This document shows positions 60,497 through 64,000 of a stretch of 64,000 bases of DNA, piece by piece; position 1 is the stretch's first letter, and the number at the start of each line of letters is the position of its first letter. Under the pieces are notes generated by a model. It was not told where the DNA came from, did no database searches, and worked only from the letters and a program-made list of their open reading frames with translations. Where the stretch lies: contig NIVC01000575.1 in assembly GCA_002269645.1 (NCBI GenBank), positions 62,001 through 126,000 on the forward strand. The letters are read 5' to 3'. This DNA is from Macrostomum lignano (lineage: Eukaryota). Position numbers and translations under genes: made by a program.

Positions 60497-61588
60497 ACAG
60501 AGCCCGGGTCGCTTGGAGATTCGAGTTCAACGCTGGCTGGCGGATGTTGACAGAGCTACTGCAGATGCTGCGAATCCACGGCAGCCGCAACCTCAGCAGC
60601 AGCAACAGCAGCCGCAACAGCAGCAGATACTGCAACAGGAACCATTCAGCACGTTCTCCTTGTCTCGGCGTGGATTCAATAATCAAATGCAGCCACTGCC
60701 GCCGCCGATGCCCCAACCGTCTTCGCGCCCAAGCGTCGACGAAGTGGCCAACGAAGCGGCCCGCCAAGCGGCCGTGGCCCGCCTGGCCAGCAGCGAGGAG
60801 GCCTTCGCTTTGGGGCTGGCCGCCTGCCGACAGTTTTACGCTGACAGACTGGCCGAGTTCCTGACACCGGACGAGCACCGGGCGATGTTCTTCAACCTGG
60901 AGGACCTGCTTGAGGCCAGCTGCTCTTCGCTGAGCCTCATCAGGCAGTCGCAGAGTCTGCGCGGCCTGGTGGACAACGCCGGCCAGATCTACCGGGCCCG
61001 GCTGTACCAGCTGTGCGACCAGTATCGGGACTATGCCGACAATTTGAATGCCACGGCGCTGCGCCTCCTGCGCGCCCTGCTGGCCGCCTGTCCTGAGGCG
61101 CGGACGGCGCTGCGCATGGCGCGCCGATCAGCCGCCTCGGCGACGCCGCTGCCGCCGCTGCGCCGCTGCCTGACGGAGCCGGTGCGGCATCTTCGCCGAC
61201 TGGCGGCGATATTTCGCGACCTGCTAGAGGCGACGCCGCCGGCCCACTACGACCACATGTTCGCTGAGGACGTCGCCCAGAGCCTCGAGCACTGCGCCGC
61301 CTCGCTGCCAGCGTCGACCCCCGGACTGCACGGCGCCGAAGAAGACGACGAAGACGACTATGAAAACTTCGAGGACGAAGACGGGCGCTACAAAGACTAC
61401 GTAAACGCTGGCAACAAAGACTATAAAGAGTTCAAGGACTCCGGACTGGAGGAGGCGGACGCAGCGATGTCGCCGACTGCTCGAAGCCTCGTAGCTTCAT
61501 CCTCCGGCGTGTCTTCGGCTGACCCGTCGGCCGCCGAGCTCCAGCAGCAGCGCAGGCGCCACTCCCAGTGGTGCGGCACCAACTCCAG
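60497..61588 (+). CDS. RhoGEF gene exon: last PDZ strand plus Dbl-homology (DH) domain
   Basis: Acceptor TTATTAAACAG| in phase 2 gives RQSPGRLEIRVQR, completing the PDZ. DH motifs RLASSEEAF (cf. ELLETEEAY), LTPDEHRAMFFNLEDLL, LTEPVRHLRRL...DLLEATPPAHYD (cf. LIKPVQR...ELLKHTP.DHPD); donor AG|GTAGGC. Confidence 0.9.
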
Positions 61589-61924
61589 GTAGGCAGCGTC
61601 AGTCTTAATGCCGGTCTGTCCATTCAACTCTCGCGCCACGACCTCCGTGCAACCCCCAAGGCGCAGAGAGTGCACATGCCTGACGATTAGAAAGTCAGGA
61701 CCGCTGTACACTCTGTGTGAGCGAGTGCATGAGTGCGAGCCTGCGTACAGTATTGACGCGCTTGTATCAATATGTGCTCAGGACGCAGCGGAATGGACAT
61801 GTCTGCTTGGCTGTCGGCTTGACTAGCGGCAGCGTCGCTTCCCACTCCAACCAACCGACCACCGACTAACTTTGGCCCAAGCGGACCAGCTCCAGGCCGA
61901 TATTAATTTCATAATCCTAATCAG

Positions 61925-62354
61925 CTTTTCCAACCACTTCAGCCAACAGCAGCCGAGTCAGCAGCTCCGCCAGCAACAGCAGCCGCAGCACCGTCAGCAG
62001 GAGATTCTGTCCGGCCACCTCGTCTGGCACTGTCGCGACAGCCGCCAGCTGCCCGCCGCCATCGGCGCCCACGCCATGCTGCTGCCCGACCTGCTCATCC
62101 TGGCGCCGCACCGACGGGAAGACGCGGCAGCCGCGGGCCCGATTCTCAGTCAGCCTCTCCGGCTGGTGGAGTGCTGCTCCGCCCAGTTCGACTTTGCCCA
62201 GAATCCCCGACTGCTCTGTCTGTCCTTCGCTTGCGGCCGCACGCTCCTGCTGGAGGCGCCAAGCGGCGAAGCTAAACAGCTGTGGCGCAGCTGCATCACT
62301 AGGAGGCTGGGAGAGCTCAGCGGATGGCAGCTGGGACCCACCGACTGCTATTGA
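61925..62354 (+). CDS. RhoGEF gene terminal exon: PH domain
   Basis: Acceptor CCTAATCAG| in phase 2; EILSGHLVW...AMLLPDLLILA...TLLLEAPSGEAKQLWRSCI is a typical PH C-terminal strand and helix; stop at 62354. Confidence 0.85.
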
Positions 62355-62409
62355 GGATGACAGGTTCCGGTGGAAAGACGTTACTGAACTGCTCTCACTG
62401 CTCTACTCA

Positions 62410-62690
62410 TTCATCTCCGCTCTCCACTCTCCGCTCTCTACTCTCCACTCTCTACTCTCCACTCTCTACTCTCTGTTCTCCGCTCTCCGCTCTCCGCTCT
62501 CCACTCTCCACTCTCTACTCTCCACTCTCTACTCTCTGTTCTCCGCTCTCCGCTCTCCACTCTCTACTCTCTGTTCTCCACTCTCCGCTCTCCACTCTCC
62601 GCTCTCCACTCTCCGCTCTCTAATCTCCGCTCTCCACTCTCCGCTCTCCGCTCACCACTCTCCACTCTCCGCTCTCCGCTCTCCGTTCTT
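62410..62690. repeat. CTCTCCG/CTCTCCA heptamer-based repeat
   Basis: Visible. Confidence 0.9.
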
Positions 62691-63578
62691 CACCCTTCTA
62701 TTATTAAGTGCCATCTAAAAACCCAGTCGAAACCCTCAGCCTCAAGGTTCCCGACCTTCGATTCCCCAGCGAGACAGCCCACCCCTCTCCGTCCGCTCCA
62801 GAGTGTCGGATTCCTCTGGCGTCGCCAGTCAGTAATGCATTAGGTTATTTTAAACAGTACGAATTGGTTGGTGCGGTGCTGTAGAAAAATTTGCTTCGAA
62901 GCGAAATGCTCGCGTAACTTTCAGACATTCACAGAGGTCCACCTGCTCTTCTATGCTAACCTGTTTTTTGAGTTTCTTTTTTATAAATTGTGTTTGAAAT
63001 GCAGTCGATAAAAGTTCTGCTGTTTTGCTCCCAGCCTCAAAGTGTAAATAAAGGCCCTTCATACAATAAACCAGTCAGCGTTAAGTCGCTATTCTAAGAA
63101 TTTGCTGTGCTTCGCGTGACATTGATTTTTGGTTTGCATGGAATTCATTTCAAACTCGGCGCTGGCTGAGGACTGCATGGGGGAGCGCCATCGACCTTCG
63201 GCAGTTCGGCGGGAGAGAAGGTCAAATCTGGCAGTCAGAAACAAGTGACCAAAAATTGGCGGAGTTTCCCTTCAAATCCCCTCAGCAAAGGTCAGGCCGG
63301 GTCGCTGCTTGAAGTGTTTGGGCTGCTGCCGGCCTTTTTGCCCCAAAAACCGTCCGGTCATGAATGGCCGGCGAAGGATGCTGCGGCTGCCCCCTAGCCA
63401 GGGGTTACATCATCATCCTCTGCAGGCAGAATTATTTTCCCAGCAAAGTCTTTTACGAGCGGAGAAGAATAAACATGGCCTTGCCGCTCCACTGCTTCAG
63501 GATGCTGAAGAGAGAAGAAAATGAATTGCTTTTCAGCCCTTCTATTATGGGCATCATCAAAGGTAATGTCGGTAAGAC

Positions 63579-64000
<422 letters not shown>

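Overview
Eukaryotic (metazoan) genomic DNA: GC-rich, poly-Q/poly-A-rich exons separated by introns and intergenic tracts packed with micro- and minisatellites. The style resembles an invertebrate such as the flatworm Macrostomum (inference only). Recognisable content: (1) a teashirt/tiptop zinc-finger gene (minus, 3679-6203) with a long upstream non-coding region containing TCF/LEF-type sites; (2) an uncharacterised spliced gene (minus, about 24.2-31.8 kb); (3) tRNA-derived SINEs, one with a CORE-like domain; (4) a full-length, young Ty3/Gypsy LTR retrotransposon (minus, 37093-45731) with 4-bp TSD, tRNA-His PBS, PPT and gag-pol; (5) a spliced PDZ-DH-PH RhoGEF gene (plus, about 51.2-62.4 kb). 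The standout is the cargo between the retrotransposon's integrase and 3' LTR: about 1.7 kb encoding a DNAJB-like J-domain lacking HPD and a TatD-nuclease fold lacking most metal ligands, probably one fusion protein. Several reading frames are broken by single-base deletions, often in homopolymers, which suggests sequencing/assembly error. Most long ORFs in the track are translations of tandem repeats. Family assignments come from motif recognition by eye, not database searches; repeat boundaries are approximate.
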